Positions 10,106-23,048 of a stretch of DNA of 64,000 bases are shown here, one piece after another. The position numbers were made by a program, and so were the translations under genes. The notes below the pieces were generated by a model. The model did no database searches and had not been told where the DNA came from. It saw only the letters and a program-made list of their open reading frames with translations. Each line of letters starts with the position of its first letter. Position 1 is the stretch's first letter. Where the stretch lies: assembly GCA_002104905.1 (NCBI GenBank), contig MCFE01000291.1:38457-102456 (forward strand), written 5' to 3'. This DNA is from Basidiobolus meristosporus CBS 931.73. Its lineage: Eukaryota; Fungi; Basidiobolomycota.

Positions 10106-12327
10106 TCATGAAGATTTGATGTTTCGCAAGTCGACAATATCAAAGTCTTGTTTTAACGTTTTGACATGGCTACTTTCCCCAATATTCGCATCCTTGAGAA
10201 GTATGCATTTTAGCAAATGCCGCGCACGCATCCTAGACAATAGTCACTCGAAAACATACCGTGTAAATTGTGCCACCTTCGTGCGGATGAAACAGGCGCG
10301 AGTCACGACATTGGGAAATGATGCCCAAGCCTGGAGGGTCGGTCAACCGGAAAATACCAGTACTTCAGAGAAATAGGGATTTAGTTTATGGACAAACATC
10401 AGTCATTGTATGTTTCGAACCTTGGCTCGTGCTTGGGTGCGCATACTACGGCAATCGCTTCAGGCAACATTAGTTGATAGGAACAATGTGTATGAACGTC
10501 AACAGAGCTCATGAAGCAGGTTTGCGTGGGGTGTGTCTACATCATGAAAGCAAATGTTACGGATCTGTGCTACGAGCTGTAGTCTGATTTGCATACATGA
10601 ATCCATCCAAGAGTCATTAAATCGTTCTCATCTTGATAAGAAAAGAGCTCTTCTTCATTGGTCGTGGTGCAAGTATCAGAAGTCGAGGTTTGCTTGGGAA
10701 TGATCAAGGTAGTAATAAAAAAGGCGTTTTGTTTCTTTGCGTGCAAAATGTAGATGATGAATATATGGTGGGAGCATGGTAGCAAGATTCAAGTAAATAC
10801 CAGTGTCCCCGACAAAATGCCGCATGTCTCCAGATTGGCGGCGGTGTTCTTCTGGGCTATTAGTAAAAACCGCTCCATTAGGTTTGAGGGAAGATGCATC
10901 ATCCGAAGCGGAGATCCACATTCAGTGGTGGCTATTGGCTCGAATGTTAGAGATTGACGCTCATAAAAATCATCGACGATTTCCCCTACCAGTGGACACA
11001 ATGTTTGGAAGCGACGCCACTTCAGAATAAACGCTAGGCTTTGGAGGGAGTGAAGGTGCAATACTGTCTGGTATGATAAATGAGCCCATATCCGGCACTG
11101 GATTCGAGCAATAATCGAGTGGTTTGGGCGGAAGTTTCTGGTAGTCTTGCTTGGAAATGGGCTGTGTAGAGGAATAGTCGAACGATAGTGGGCGGTGATT
11201 CAAAGACACGTGATAATCTTCGTTTCTTGGATGGTTGAAGTATTCTTGCTGAGGCTTCGCTGGGAGAACAGGTGGCGCTCGTGAGTTATGATAATCGGTA
11301 GGCGTGTAGTTAAACCTGGTCCGTTATTAGTAAACCGAGCTGCATATTATTCTTATCGAAATGAGGATGTACCCATCGCTTTTGTTGTGGTTCATAACGT
11401 TCGGGTAAGCCTAAAAGTAATCGTGTGCACGTGAGTATTTAGTATTGGAGCAATAGGATTTGGCTGCCCGCTGATTCATCTCATACCTCGTGAATATTAG
11501 TATAATCACTATGCCTACAGCAGCCACACCGACAATAGTTAGTGAAAGCAGCGCAACAGCTATTAGCTCAAATCAAGAATGTACCTATTACTCTGACTTT
11601 TCTTGCTCAGATCAACCCCCTCTAAAGCCTTTGCCAAGGACCAGTTAGGGTCAACTTGAGGAATTTCGTTATTTGATACCGATGGGCTAGGTAACTCAGC
11701 TCTGGCCGGTGTTGCAACTTCTGCCTGCCTGTTATGATTTGCCACAGCTTCTAGGTATTTTTCTTTTGCCTCTATGTATTTCTTTCGGCGCTCTTCAAGG
11801 AGTGGCTTGATCTTTTCAAGAATATCCAGTGCAGCGAGACATTTCTGTACCCGAGCAGAAAGATTGTCGGGGGTGAATGAGATGTGGTAACGTACATAGA
11901 AATGGAGGTCCCTTACTTTCTTTAGATCTGTCAAAAGTTTTCGGTTTTCGGGTTGCTTGTACCCAGGATGCTTCGGCATTTCATGAATAACAAGACTAGT
12001 ATCAAAATATTGATAAGAATCCAATAGCATCTAGATATACAATCACTCGAGACGGAAACATACTTGCTGAATTTGAAATATAACAGATATGCCTTCTGAT
12101 AGTCACGTTCTTCATAGTAAATTCGAGCCTAATATCAGGACTCGATGAGCATTTCATAAAATACGAATGATGAACAGAATGAGGTCATCAACCTGTCGAT
12201 AGAGTAACTCTGTAGAGCGACAATACAATTTCAAAGATGTGTTCAAATCGATTACAATCTGTGCTCTTGAATTGAGCTCTTTGATCGATAAGTATTCTTC
12301 ATCTGTGGGTAGTATTTGGGTATTCAT
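10106..12327 (-). CDS. AMSH: AMSH/STAMBP-like JAMM deubiquitinase (N-terminal MIT/USP8-dimer-type domain plus MPN+), multi-exon
   Basis: [62 protein letters not shown] (JAMM HxH...D motif); ends [12 protein letters not shown]-terminus contains [10 protein letters not shown]. Confidence 0.95.
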
Positions 12328-13401
12328 AAGGAAAAGCTCTCTAAAATAGACGGTGTGTTAGAGTCTCTATCTAAACATAGCAATTAGAGCACCGTTCAAT
12401 TACTTACCTAGGTGAGTAGAAACAAACCTCGCAGTGGGCCGTACAAAAGCACAATGTTTTGCTACCAAATACTACGGAATTCTGTAACCAATTCAATGAT
12501 GGACATACAAAATCGACAATTTCTAGATTCATATTATAAATCACCGGCGAAAAGTGGAAGTCAATCGGCTTTCCTTTTTAGAACTGGGTCAGATCAAGCT
12601 TAATTATTAAACCACTGGAGTAACCTTTGTTCATGCAAATAGTCACTTGCGACCATTTGGGATGTTGCAGACCAGAAACGCCTTGTATATAACACCAAGA
12701 CACGCCGTATTGCATTCTATTTCTATAGCACTTGTACATTTGCGAACGATAAATGGATGTGAAATAGCTGTTTTTGACAAAGCACCAACCCTATTGCAGC
12801 AGCCGGATACTGCAGAACGTTTGGTATACGGATTTCTCCCTTCGATTGACAATTATACTCTTTCGGGTTGGGAGAAATATGGAGACGAGTAAAGACTTGC
12901 ACTCCTATTATGGTCGCCACTTCTACATTGATATATATGCGATTCAGTGCCAAGCACCTAAAATACTCCACTAAATTTCAGCAGTATTGAATCGAGTTGG
13001 CTACCGGTTGAGTTGTGCAGTAGTAATATCACTTGATGTTGTGATCAAGAATTCATATTCATTCGAGCAACATTCCTATGGTGCACTCATTTTCGCGTAT
13101 CAACTGGTTTTAATCATTTTTTTAGTTTCGCGGTGGAAATTGATTATACTTTGATCAAGTTTGTGCTACCCTGCATTACTTTTCAACCAATACCCCTGTT
13201 TACCTTACGTCCTTCGTGGCCATGAATGTCGCCAAAATTTCGTTTCTTCCTCACCCTAAGATTTTGTACTCTTGGTAGTAAAACACGACTTGTGTATGCT
13301 TAATTATTTTATTAAGACATAATTTGTGACAGCATTTGATTTGATCGTTTTCTTTTTTGCTTCAAGCTTTGTATCTGCTTACACGTACACCGAAGTATAC
13401 G

Positions 13402-16400
13402 ATGTTCTGGCGTTTTGGTTTTCATACGGTTTCACCTATCGATACTCTGCTCGAAAAGGATGACCTTGCTGTGGAGGAATTGATGGATCAGGACGACATT
13501 CTACAAGAATTAAGAGCTGCCAACAGCAAGCTAATAGATTTGTAATAATAATTTTCCTTATGATCTATTGAGAGGACGAGTTTTTCACACTCATCGCGCG
13601 TATTTTGTATTCGCGTACTTGAAACTCGAAATGTTCTTACGGCGACCTAACCTGTGCTTCTTGAACATGTTTTAGTTTATGTCAACCGGAGGTGCTTAGC
13701 CAGCTTTTTGGTTACTTGACCTGCACTATTGAAGATAATGAAGTGAATATGAAGTAACGATTCTTCACCTTGCGTGTTATATTGTTAGAGTACTAATCTG
13801 CCTTTTTCTGATCATTCATTAGATATCCTTATATAGCTGGAGAAATCCTTTCTTGCGAAGAGGTATGGGGTCTTAGCAAGGCTATATTAGAAAATAAAGA
13901 GCTCCTGTCGTCCTTTTGGGAAATCCTCGATAAACCGGCTCCCCTCCCTTCCATACAAGCGGCATATTTCAGTAAAATCATTTGCACTCTCTTGGTGAAA
14001 AAGAGCGAAGAGGTTTGTTTTCAACCATATTGGCAGATGTCTTGTATTTCATCCACTAAAACGGAATCCCGCAAGATGGTCCTTTTTATCCGAGAGCAAC
14101 CTGATGCTATAGACAAATTTCTGAGTCATTTGGAGACTCCTGCTATCATGGATATTGTTTTGAAGCTTATCAGCCTTGATGAATTGCCTAATGGCGCTGG
14201 TGTCGTTGAGGTAGGTATTCGCATGTTAATGTTTCGTTGTATCCATACTCATAGCTGTTGTTAGTGGCTTTCATCGGAAGGACTTATGAGTAAGCTTATA
14301 GATCGTTTGAGCCCAAAGTGCGATACGGAGGTAGCGTTTAGTTACGGGAGCGCGCACGATACTATATACTTAAACCATATTGCTCGTAGACATATTCAGT
14401 GGTCGCCCCTATGATTTTGGATATCATAACTATTTCCAAATCGACTAGCAATCAACAGCCAAACGCAGGCCCGAATAAGTTGATAAGTCAGCTCAAAAGG
14501 TTTTATTCTTGAGAATCTATCAACTTGAAGGAGCGAACTAACCTTTATTCTTCAGCAAAGAAACAGTCGCCCGGCTAGTAAATTATATGCTGGATAGCAC
14601 ATCTGCCAATGCAGCCTCAGTGTTGGTTAATGGTGTAGGGATCTTCATTGAATTGATTAGACGAAATTACAGGTTAGTATAGCTTCTCATGTTGCAGTAT
14701 TCTCTAGACACTAACCTGTATGCCATATAGTGATGATGAGCCAGCCGGTCTATTTCAATACACCGAGCCTATTGTCCCCATCGATTTAAGCGATATGTTG
14801 GAGGTTCTGAGTGATCGTCTTGGTGACTTCCAGCAAGTTCTAAAATGTCCTCGTAACGTAGTAAGTAGTGCGCTACCCCCTACTCGGATCTAAATAGTGT
14901 TTCTGATGAAATTGCAGGCAGAGTCTATTGAGAGTACAGTTGGAAAAGTAAAACCATTAGGATTTGAGCGCCTTAAGGTGTGCGAGCTATATGCTGAGTT
15001 GCTCCATTGCGCCAACATCAACGTTCCAGAAAGTGAGTCTGGTGATGAAGCTCATAAGACCACGCTTGGGAGTGATGGTATTGATAAACGTCGCGATCGA
15101 TCTCTCGGTAGCTTGCTCTAATTGTTGTCAAAATTAGTTCGTGTCAACTTGAAGCAGAAATATGTCGATCTCGGAATCGTCACTACTTGCTTGGTACTAC
15201 AGTTTGACTACGCTGCCTTTTGATAACGAATCCTAAAATCTCTTGTCTAATAGGACTTGTTCTTCGAATATCCTTGGAATAATTTCCTACACACGATCGT
15301 ATACGATATATTGCATCAGATCCTGAATCTCCCTTACGAAGTGGATGCAAACAAAGCTCTAATCCTATCGGTATGCTATTTTACACTCTCACATGAAAAA
15401 TCCGTAGCAACGTGCTTACATGATGCCTAGGTTTTCAATGATGCAGATATCACCTCTAGAATTACTGATGCTCAAAAACAGTGTGATATAGAGATGTAAG
15501 TGCTTTAAAGTGTTGATTGCTCAATCGCAGGGACCGTAGTGACATATATAAACAACAGTAACGATACCAAGAATATCCGCCCTGGCTATATGGGTCACTT
15601 GACCTTCATTGCTGAAGAAGTAGTACGCTTAATTGAACGCTCGCCCGAGGTTGCTGCAGATGTGAACGGTAAAAGCTTCCTGTTGAATCGGTGAGGTTTC
15701 CGTATTAACTTCAATTGTTATTTATTTAGATAAAGTTCAAGCCGAACCCTGGAAAGAATACGTGTCCAAGACTCTGCGTGAAATCAAGGAGAGGGATCAG
15801 CAACCACTTGGCGGTCAACGGCCCAATCTCTTGAATGGTTTCAATGACACGGATGACGATGATGATGATTACGAAGATGAAGATGACCTTGATCGTGAAC
15901 AGCTTGCGAGATATCTAACACCTAGTGGTGAGCTTAGAAGCCAATTTGTCACTTCCTTCGACGATGACGATGAAAGCGATGATGACGACCCTGACTGGTT
16001 AAGGTAACTATATATTCAATATTCACTGTGGAGTTGACGTAGTCTCATACGCCCTACTATGCATAGCAAGTTAGCACCAGCTGATGGCTCGTACACTATG
16101 AATCTGGTACGTACATTTGATCCTTTTGTTGCTGATCCAATATTCAAATATTCATACAACATTAGGAAAACATGGAATATGACGGCGATGATCAGGTGGA
16201 TATTTTCGTGTTAGCATATTGTTGCCAAAAGTATATTGACCCGATACCCGATACCTTGAAATAGCTGCATGCGCTCCCCGATGCCACCTCCGAAGAAGAT
16301 CAATCTCAACGAATCCTCACCATAGCGGATTGGTCTGCTGAATTCCAAGAAAACTTTGAATCACCTCAAGGTTTAGGTGACGATGATGAATCAACGGTAA

Positions 16401-16549
16401 GACCCGCCGAGACAGTGGCAAGTTTGCACCATACTAATATCATTTTCGGACTACAGTCGAAAGCGAACAATAGAAATTCCGTTGAAGACAGCACTAGCGA
16501 TCAAATAGAAGTAGCGCCACTGCCTGAGACAGAGAAAGATTCGCAGTAG
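13402..16549 (+). CDS. SIT4-associated protein / PP6 regulatory subunit (SAPS domain), many exons, acidic C-terminus
   Basis: MFWRFGFHTVSPIDTLLEK, DILQELRAANSKLID, YPYIAGEILSCE, KPLGFERLKVCELYAELLHC, LFFEYPWNNFLHTIVYD, RPGYMGHLTFIAE. Confidence 0.93.
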
Positions 16550-17826
16550 TTCAACGAAATTCGAAATCCTTACATGTGCGGTAACTAGCACAGATGCGCT
16601 ATCACAACGGAGCAAAAGCAACTCAGATTTATCCACTTGCACTCAATATTTCTACGTTATACAGGATTTTGTCGTTTACATGTAACTTTTTTCTTTTTTA
16701 CATTCGCTTGGGTTCGTCGTTTTTGGTCGATCTTTAGAATCTTCTATCAATCATACAAACAGAATTCCTCAAGTGTTCATTTCATCTCACGAAATTCTTG
16801 TTGTCACGTTGGGTCGGCAGAATCCTGTCATTCAGTCGATCTAACCTAAAATCGAAATCCAAGGCCACTCTGTTTATTGTACGATTAAAGAGTTCATTTT
16901 CTATTTGATTCCAACGATGCTCTTCATCCATTCAACGCATTGAATAGAGGATGAACCTGGTCCTGTATATAGTCAACACCTCTGGCAAAGCATCTCTCAT
17001 GTCCTTGGGCTCCCGTATACAATGCCTGACCTAGGTTTTATTGGCTGCCATCACAAGGGCACCTTGAATTGGAAGTGATTGCTCTCGAGCAAAACAATCA
17101 CATACCTCACAGCATTGTGATGTCATTGAGATGTGTAAGAGATAGCTAAAAACGAACATGAATGTTCTATGGCATATTTGGTAACTCATCATCATGATGT
17201 ATTGGATAAGAAATGACTGGCAAATTAGCCGAAATATGACGTAATTCAATCGAGAATGGTTAACTCGACCGAAGCATATAGCTAATGCAGAACATGCGGT
17301 TGCTTGTGTCACTACAGAGTGCCAATTGTCACCAAATAGCAGTTGCGCTACATCAGGACTGTGAAGACAAGGATTTAGGACAGGCAAATTCCAGTTTAAA
17401 TTCCAAGAATGCGTCACGTTTAAAAACCAAAGTCGCTATAGAGCTAATGATGATCGTATCACCTTGTTACTCGGTTAGAGAAATGAGTGGCTGATGGGAT
17501 GATGTACGTATTGTTTCGAGGTCACTGGATACATCTAAAGATCAAGACCTCTGGACGGTGCTAGCTTGGATGGTAAAGTGTTTATTGATAAAATCGGGAT
17601 GGAGGTACAGGATATGTCTCCAGGAAGTGAAGCTTGTCACCCTATTTTACATACATACTTTCTGCCAAGTTGGGAAGCAGAGTTAAGCGAGAGTATTTAG
17701 TGTCTAGAAAGATTGGTTAATCTAAACACAGCAATGAAAAGCAGAGTGCACGAGAATGTAGGTCCTAACTCGCTTCCTTGTTGATATTCGCTATTCTTAT
17801 ATGATTAGACCTTGACAGCAGAGGCT

Positions 17827-18766
17827 TTATGAGCTGTGAAGCTTGTCTGTAGGCGTCATCTGAATCCAGAGACCCTCTTCGTGACTCGGTACAAAGGGAT
17901 CCCTTTTGGATCGTCGTAGAGTAGCATTATTCATCACACTCCATGCATGACTCTGCTTTAGTGGTCGAGAAATAGAATCGACTGCACGGGATACCAAGTT
18001 TGTCAGTGGTTCAAGTATTTCACGAGAGTCTTCGAGAACACTACTAGATGAGCTGAAAGTAAAGTTAAGAAAGGGTCTTTGAAGAATCGGGATTAAAAAA
18101 GCCTACCTCCAGCTCGAAGATGATCTGGGGGAGTACGAGTCCACCTCCAATCTGCTTTCCACGTTCTTCCGGCTTTCCGAACTTTCGATGTCTTCTTTAG
18201 AAACAATCCGAGCGTCCAGTGTCTTTATCTCCGCATCTGTTATCGTGCAATGCAGAATGGGGATTTTCAATTCGCTTCGTAGTTGAAGAGGATCGCCCGA
18301 CCATAGTTTATTTACACGCCGAAGCACCCCAACCTTTGCAAATAGGATTGGTACGTGAAAGATAGGTTAAAAGGGAGCAGGGCGGTTCGTAACTTACCTC
18401 TATACCATATTTCAAGGAAAGTCCAGCAAAAGTATCGGCGGGTTGAACCTTGTGAAGTAAGATTGCTTTGGCTCTTGGGATCTCAGAGAGATCAACTTGT
18501 GGCGAAGGGGCCTCTTCTATCGCTTTGACATTACTAGCGGTAGGCTTGATCGTCGAAATGCTAGAGGCGTCGAAAAAGCGTATCGAAGTTGGTTGTGGGG
18601 CTGTGGAAAAACGCTGGGCAACGCGGGGGGTTACGTTGTGCTCTTCAGTGATCTCCGTTGTCGTGGGTTCAGCTTCTTCTTGTCCCCGAGCAAACCATTG
18701 GTTAGCAGTTGAGTAGGTCGTTTCAGGAATAATACGTTGACGTCGATTTACTAAGTTGGAGCTCAT
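17827..18766 (-). CDS. LysM-domain protein (single LysM, no signal peptide seen), 3 exons
   Basis: HKVQPADTFAGLSLKYGIE|VGVLRRVNKLWSGDPLQLRSELKIP is a LysM consensus. The spliced C-terminus ends ...TDKLHSS. Confidence 0.82.
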
Positions 18767-19815
18767 CGCTGGCCGAGTAACACTCAATACTATTGCAGCT
18801 GTATGTGATATATTAAGAAATGCGTAGGGACCTCGCGGAGGTGATGTAGGCTCAAAATGCGGAAGAATGCGCTCTCAAAAGGTAAAGCTCGCTTTCGATG
18901 TGGATATTTCGCTTGAAATAGACTCTCGATGGTGCAAAGAATCAAAGAAAAACAGCTTGTGTAAAAATAAGATGCAGGAGTGATAGGGATGAAAGAAATA
19001 GAATAATTGGTGTACACCGGCCTCGCTTCCACTGCTAATACTACAAACTGAATACGGATATTATTTATGGAATATTATTAGGATCTAGTTATGGCAGAAA
19101 TTACCCAAAAGGGCTGATTAAGCTCAACGGGTGATGGTTCGATTGAAAGCCGATCAGATTTCCCATGTTTCAGGATGGTTGTGGAAGTGCCAAGAACGAA
19201 ACATCTAACACTTCATTAAAATAACTTGGGATCCCTAGCATCCTGATACCACCGAGTTTTCGATGTGGAAGTATATTGTAGTGCATTTTGGTAAGCCGTC
19301 AAGGTGGATGCGGCTATCACTGCACTCTGATGAGTAGAAAGATTGCCGTTCCAGATGAGATGGGGATGCGGTTTCGTTGTGGTTGGCGCAGCTTTTCGGA
19401 TCCCCAGCCATGGTGACCAAGTGCTGCCCACGTGTGAAGCTTGTTGAGGATGGTTTCTCTCACTCATACTAGGGATGGAGCAGGCAGATGTGACCTCATC
19501 ATGGGCTGGTCACTGTGTTGGCCAATACGTCTGGCGTACATATTGGCCAACCTCAAAACTGGTTGTGTTTTGTTGACTTGCGAGGCAGGAGTTCACATAC
19601 ATGCAACGAATTGTAAGGGTGGTGCTTCCATGATTGGTACGAATGTAGGCTCGGAAATTTCGACATCCTTTAACTATCCAAGGCTTAACTTGTATTGCGG
19701 TGTCGTAGCTGTGGAAGAATATGATTGATTGATTTACTCCGTTGATTCGTGCAAATTATCTGATGCCAAATATAGCCGGTAATTACATCTTGTCAACTAA
19801 AATATCAACCTTTGG

Positions 19816-19854
19816 CCAATGATATGGGTCCACGCTCCCAGTCCTAGACACGTG
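19816..19854 (+). promoter_or_regulatory. ERSE-like element CCAAT-N9-CCACG (19816-19834) and Hac1/XBP1-type GACACGTG (19847-19854) upstream of DNAJC3
   Basis: Exact match to the ERSE consensus spacing (CCAAT gatatgggt CCACG), about 200 bp upstream of the ATG of an ER co-chaperone gene. Confidence 0.6.
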
Positions 19855-20017
19855 ATTTCAGAATCGATCTTTTATATTTCCCTCCCGACTCTGTTTGCAG
19901 CTGAGGAATCCCAAGTTTTATCTATTGATTAATTACTCTTTGGCCTGATTATTGTTTACTCTTCACTCCTATACTTGGTTTAAACCTGATTTTGACTAGC
20001 GGTATCCATAGAGCCAA

Positions 20018-21814
20018 ATGAAGCTGTACTTATACCTTTCGCCAGTTTTATCTCTCATACTCCCTTATGCAATCGGTGCCGAACATGAAAAGACCACTCA
20101 GCAATACCTTGACGAAGCGAATCGCATGTTGGCCGCTGGACGATTCAATGAGGCGCTCTCCAGCTACGACTCAGCAATAGGTAATTCCTTATGCGGCATA
20201 TTTGCAGAGTAATACTAACTTGACTCTCTGATGTAGAAAGAGACCCTTCGAACTACCTAACCTATTTCAAGCGTGCTACAACGTACCTGTCGCTTGGTCG
20301 CAGCAATGCCGCCCTAGAGGATTTTAATAAAATTTTGGATATCAAACCCGATTTTGAACAGGTACTTCTCTTGGACGCCTTCGCGATAGACAACCTATTA
20401 ACCTTCGTTTAGGCTCTATTTCAACGGGCGAAAATTAATCTCAAAGAAGGCTTCCTTTCCAAAGCAAAGTCTGATATTAAGGAATATATGCAGAAAAACC
20501 CGACGAGCTCTGAAGGGAAGAAATACGTAAGTCGGTCCTGAGTATCGTTCTGCACAGTTTGGATTTTAACAGTTTTGATAAAGCTTGACGACGTTCAAGA
20601 AGCTGAAACGTCCATTGATTTAGGCGAGAATGCCCTCAAATCCAAGAATTATGACGACTGCATTAAGCATTATACGAAAGCCATCACAATTGCCTCCACC
20701 ATGTCCAGTTTACGGCTCAAGAGAGCGGACTGCTATCTAAGGAAAGGAGAGATTGAAGCAGCAGTTGGCGATTTCTCGTAAGTGCTACTCTATCACAATA
20801 TATTAAAGCCAGTCATCTCATTACTTCTTAAGTCGTGCAGCCACTCTCAATCCAGCCGATGCCTCCAACTTGTACAAACTTTCCAACCTTCAATATTTCA
20901 TTCTGTATGACCCACAACACGCCCTCAATTCAGTCAAACAATGCCTCACCTATGATCCCGATGACAAATTATGCAAGCCTATGTTCCGGAAAATCAAAAA
21001 GCTTGAGAAGGATATCAAAAAAGCTGAAACAGACGTGGAAAAGAAGCTCTACCTTGCTGCTGTCAACAAACTCATAGGCCCGAACTCAGATGATGGGTTA
21101 ATTCACAAGGCAGAAGAAGAAGTCCGCCAAGCTCTGGAGTCTATAGGAATATCGTCTAGCCCGAAGTCATTATTATACATCAAGCTCGCACAACTGTCCT
21201 GTAAAGCATATGTTGGCAGAAAGAACGGTGCGGCATCCAAACGTTGGTGCACAGAGGTTCTCAACTCCGACGAAAACAATGTGGAGGCGCTTGTGGGTCG
21301 CGGTGAAGCACATATGTTAAACGATGAATTCGAGGAAGCAGTTCGTGACTTCACCAAAGCCAACGAGCTAAATGGTCATGATCAAGAAATCCAAGAAAAG
21401 TTGATGCGAGCGCAAAGACTTTTGAAGCAGTCACAAACTAAGGATTACTACAAGGTACTTGGCGTCAATAGATCAGCAACAAAACGCGAGATCAAGAAGG
21501 CATATCGCAAGTTGGCAGGCCAGTGGCATCCTGACAAGTACAAGGGTGACCTTTCACCCGACGCGGTCGCCAAAAAGATGAGTGAAATCAATGAGGCGTA
21601 CGAAGTTCTAAGTGATGATGAACTCCGTGCCCGGTTCGACCATGGCGACGACCCTAATGACCCCACTGGTGGCCAGCAGCATCATGGCAATCCATTTGGA
21701 CAAGGGAATCCTATGCAGTTCTTCTTCCAGAATGGTGGATCGGGCGGATTTGGAGGATTTCCATTTGGTGCTGGAGGAGATCAAGGCGGTTTCCAATTCA
21801 AGTATCATTATTAA
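20018..21814 (+). CDS. DNAJC3: DNAJC3/P58IPK ER co-chaperone (signal peptide, TPR repeats, J domain), 5 exons
   Basis: Hydrophobic N-terminus, TPR motifs ([16 protein letters not shown]), J domain DYYKVLGV...WHPDK, Gly/Phe-rich tail. Confidence 0.95.
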
Positions 21815-23048
21815 TTTGATATCTTTTGCCTTAGCGGCATGTTACTCGGGCTTACTTCAGCTGGTCCAGTCTAAAGTAAATTGTGTGGAACATATTCATG
21901 AGATTTTGTAGGTTCTGTACCATTACACTTTATACATTTCTGTCTTTGAGCCATGTAATAAATACGTCCCGCTGGCAAATATAGCAATGGTGACTTTTCC
22001 CATCTACCGTCACTCATATAATGTAGCCTACTCGAGAGCAGAGTGATCCTCCCAGAGTAACATGAATGGCTTCAATAAAATCCAGGTGTGTATGAACTCG
22101 TTACCGCACTGGCTTGTTGATAATGAAGCAGCTGATTCAGATGGTCATCGCTGTCTAACATGAATCCAACGTTTGCTATATTATCATCTAGGTCCTGGCT
22201 TTTCTCAATTCCTAATTATCTACTAGTGTCTCGGGAGCGCAGGTTTTATGCTGTTATGCGCATCATTATCAAAGCATCATTCATTAGGGGACATGGTGTC
22301 TAAGACAGTTATAGCCACTGCTAATGCCCCTTCTAACTACTTCCGGATCCAGTAATGGCTTCGTTAAACGTTCTTGATTCCAGATCAAGAAGTAATTTCG
22401 TAAGGTTCATATTTGAAGTGTATCATGTGTTTAGCGCTTTCTATATTTCCAAATTACAAGTGACCTCACCACCTGAATGAAATGGACTTGTATCAGCGAG
22501 TACTTGCATGGGCCAAAAATCAGCAGTTGCTTCACTACGGTTGTGTGTGGTATGTACGGAACAATACACATGGACATTTTACTATTCAAAATAGATCACA
22601 GCGTAGAGCATTGCCAACTAGAGGTGCGGGTGCATTATCTTTCTACTTGACAGCATGCAGCACAGGTGGAGCAATGACTGATTTTTGTGGTTGCATGTAT
22701 TTTCTGTTCCAACGTCATTATTACACAAATATAAAACATCGTGAAAGCCTAACTTATCGAATTGCGATCACACCGCTTGTATATTTAATCCGCTGACTAT
22801 GTGGTTGTCGTCTAATTCTGCAGCTCAGGCAAACTAACTCAATTTAGGGCCAATCTGTTATATATAATTGATGAATTTCCCATAAGGAGGCGATGAGAAT
22901 ACAAGCTGTGCTAGAATAAATTCCATCGATCGGGACACCCTGTGCTCAGCCCAATATAGCTAATCAACATATTTAAATAATCACCTTACTGCACTCCTGA
23001 GCTTTCAGAGGGGCTTGTTTGTGAAGCTTTCGGAGGACAGCCATTTCA

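Noticed and set aside
12401-12409. TACTTACCT resembling the U1 snRNA 5' end
   Set aside because: Downstream sequence shows no U1 stem-loops or Sm site; a 9-mer match is expected by chance.
12643-12974. Four overlapping short ORFs, one Cys-rich, between AMSH and the SAPS gene
   Set aside because: No recognisable domain or convincing splice structure; probably a divergent promoter region.
17031-17494. 128 aa minus and 69 aa plus ORFs between convergent genes
   Set aside because: No motifs or coding-like composition; cannot be supported without expression data.
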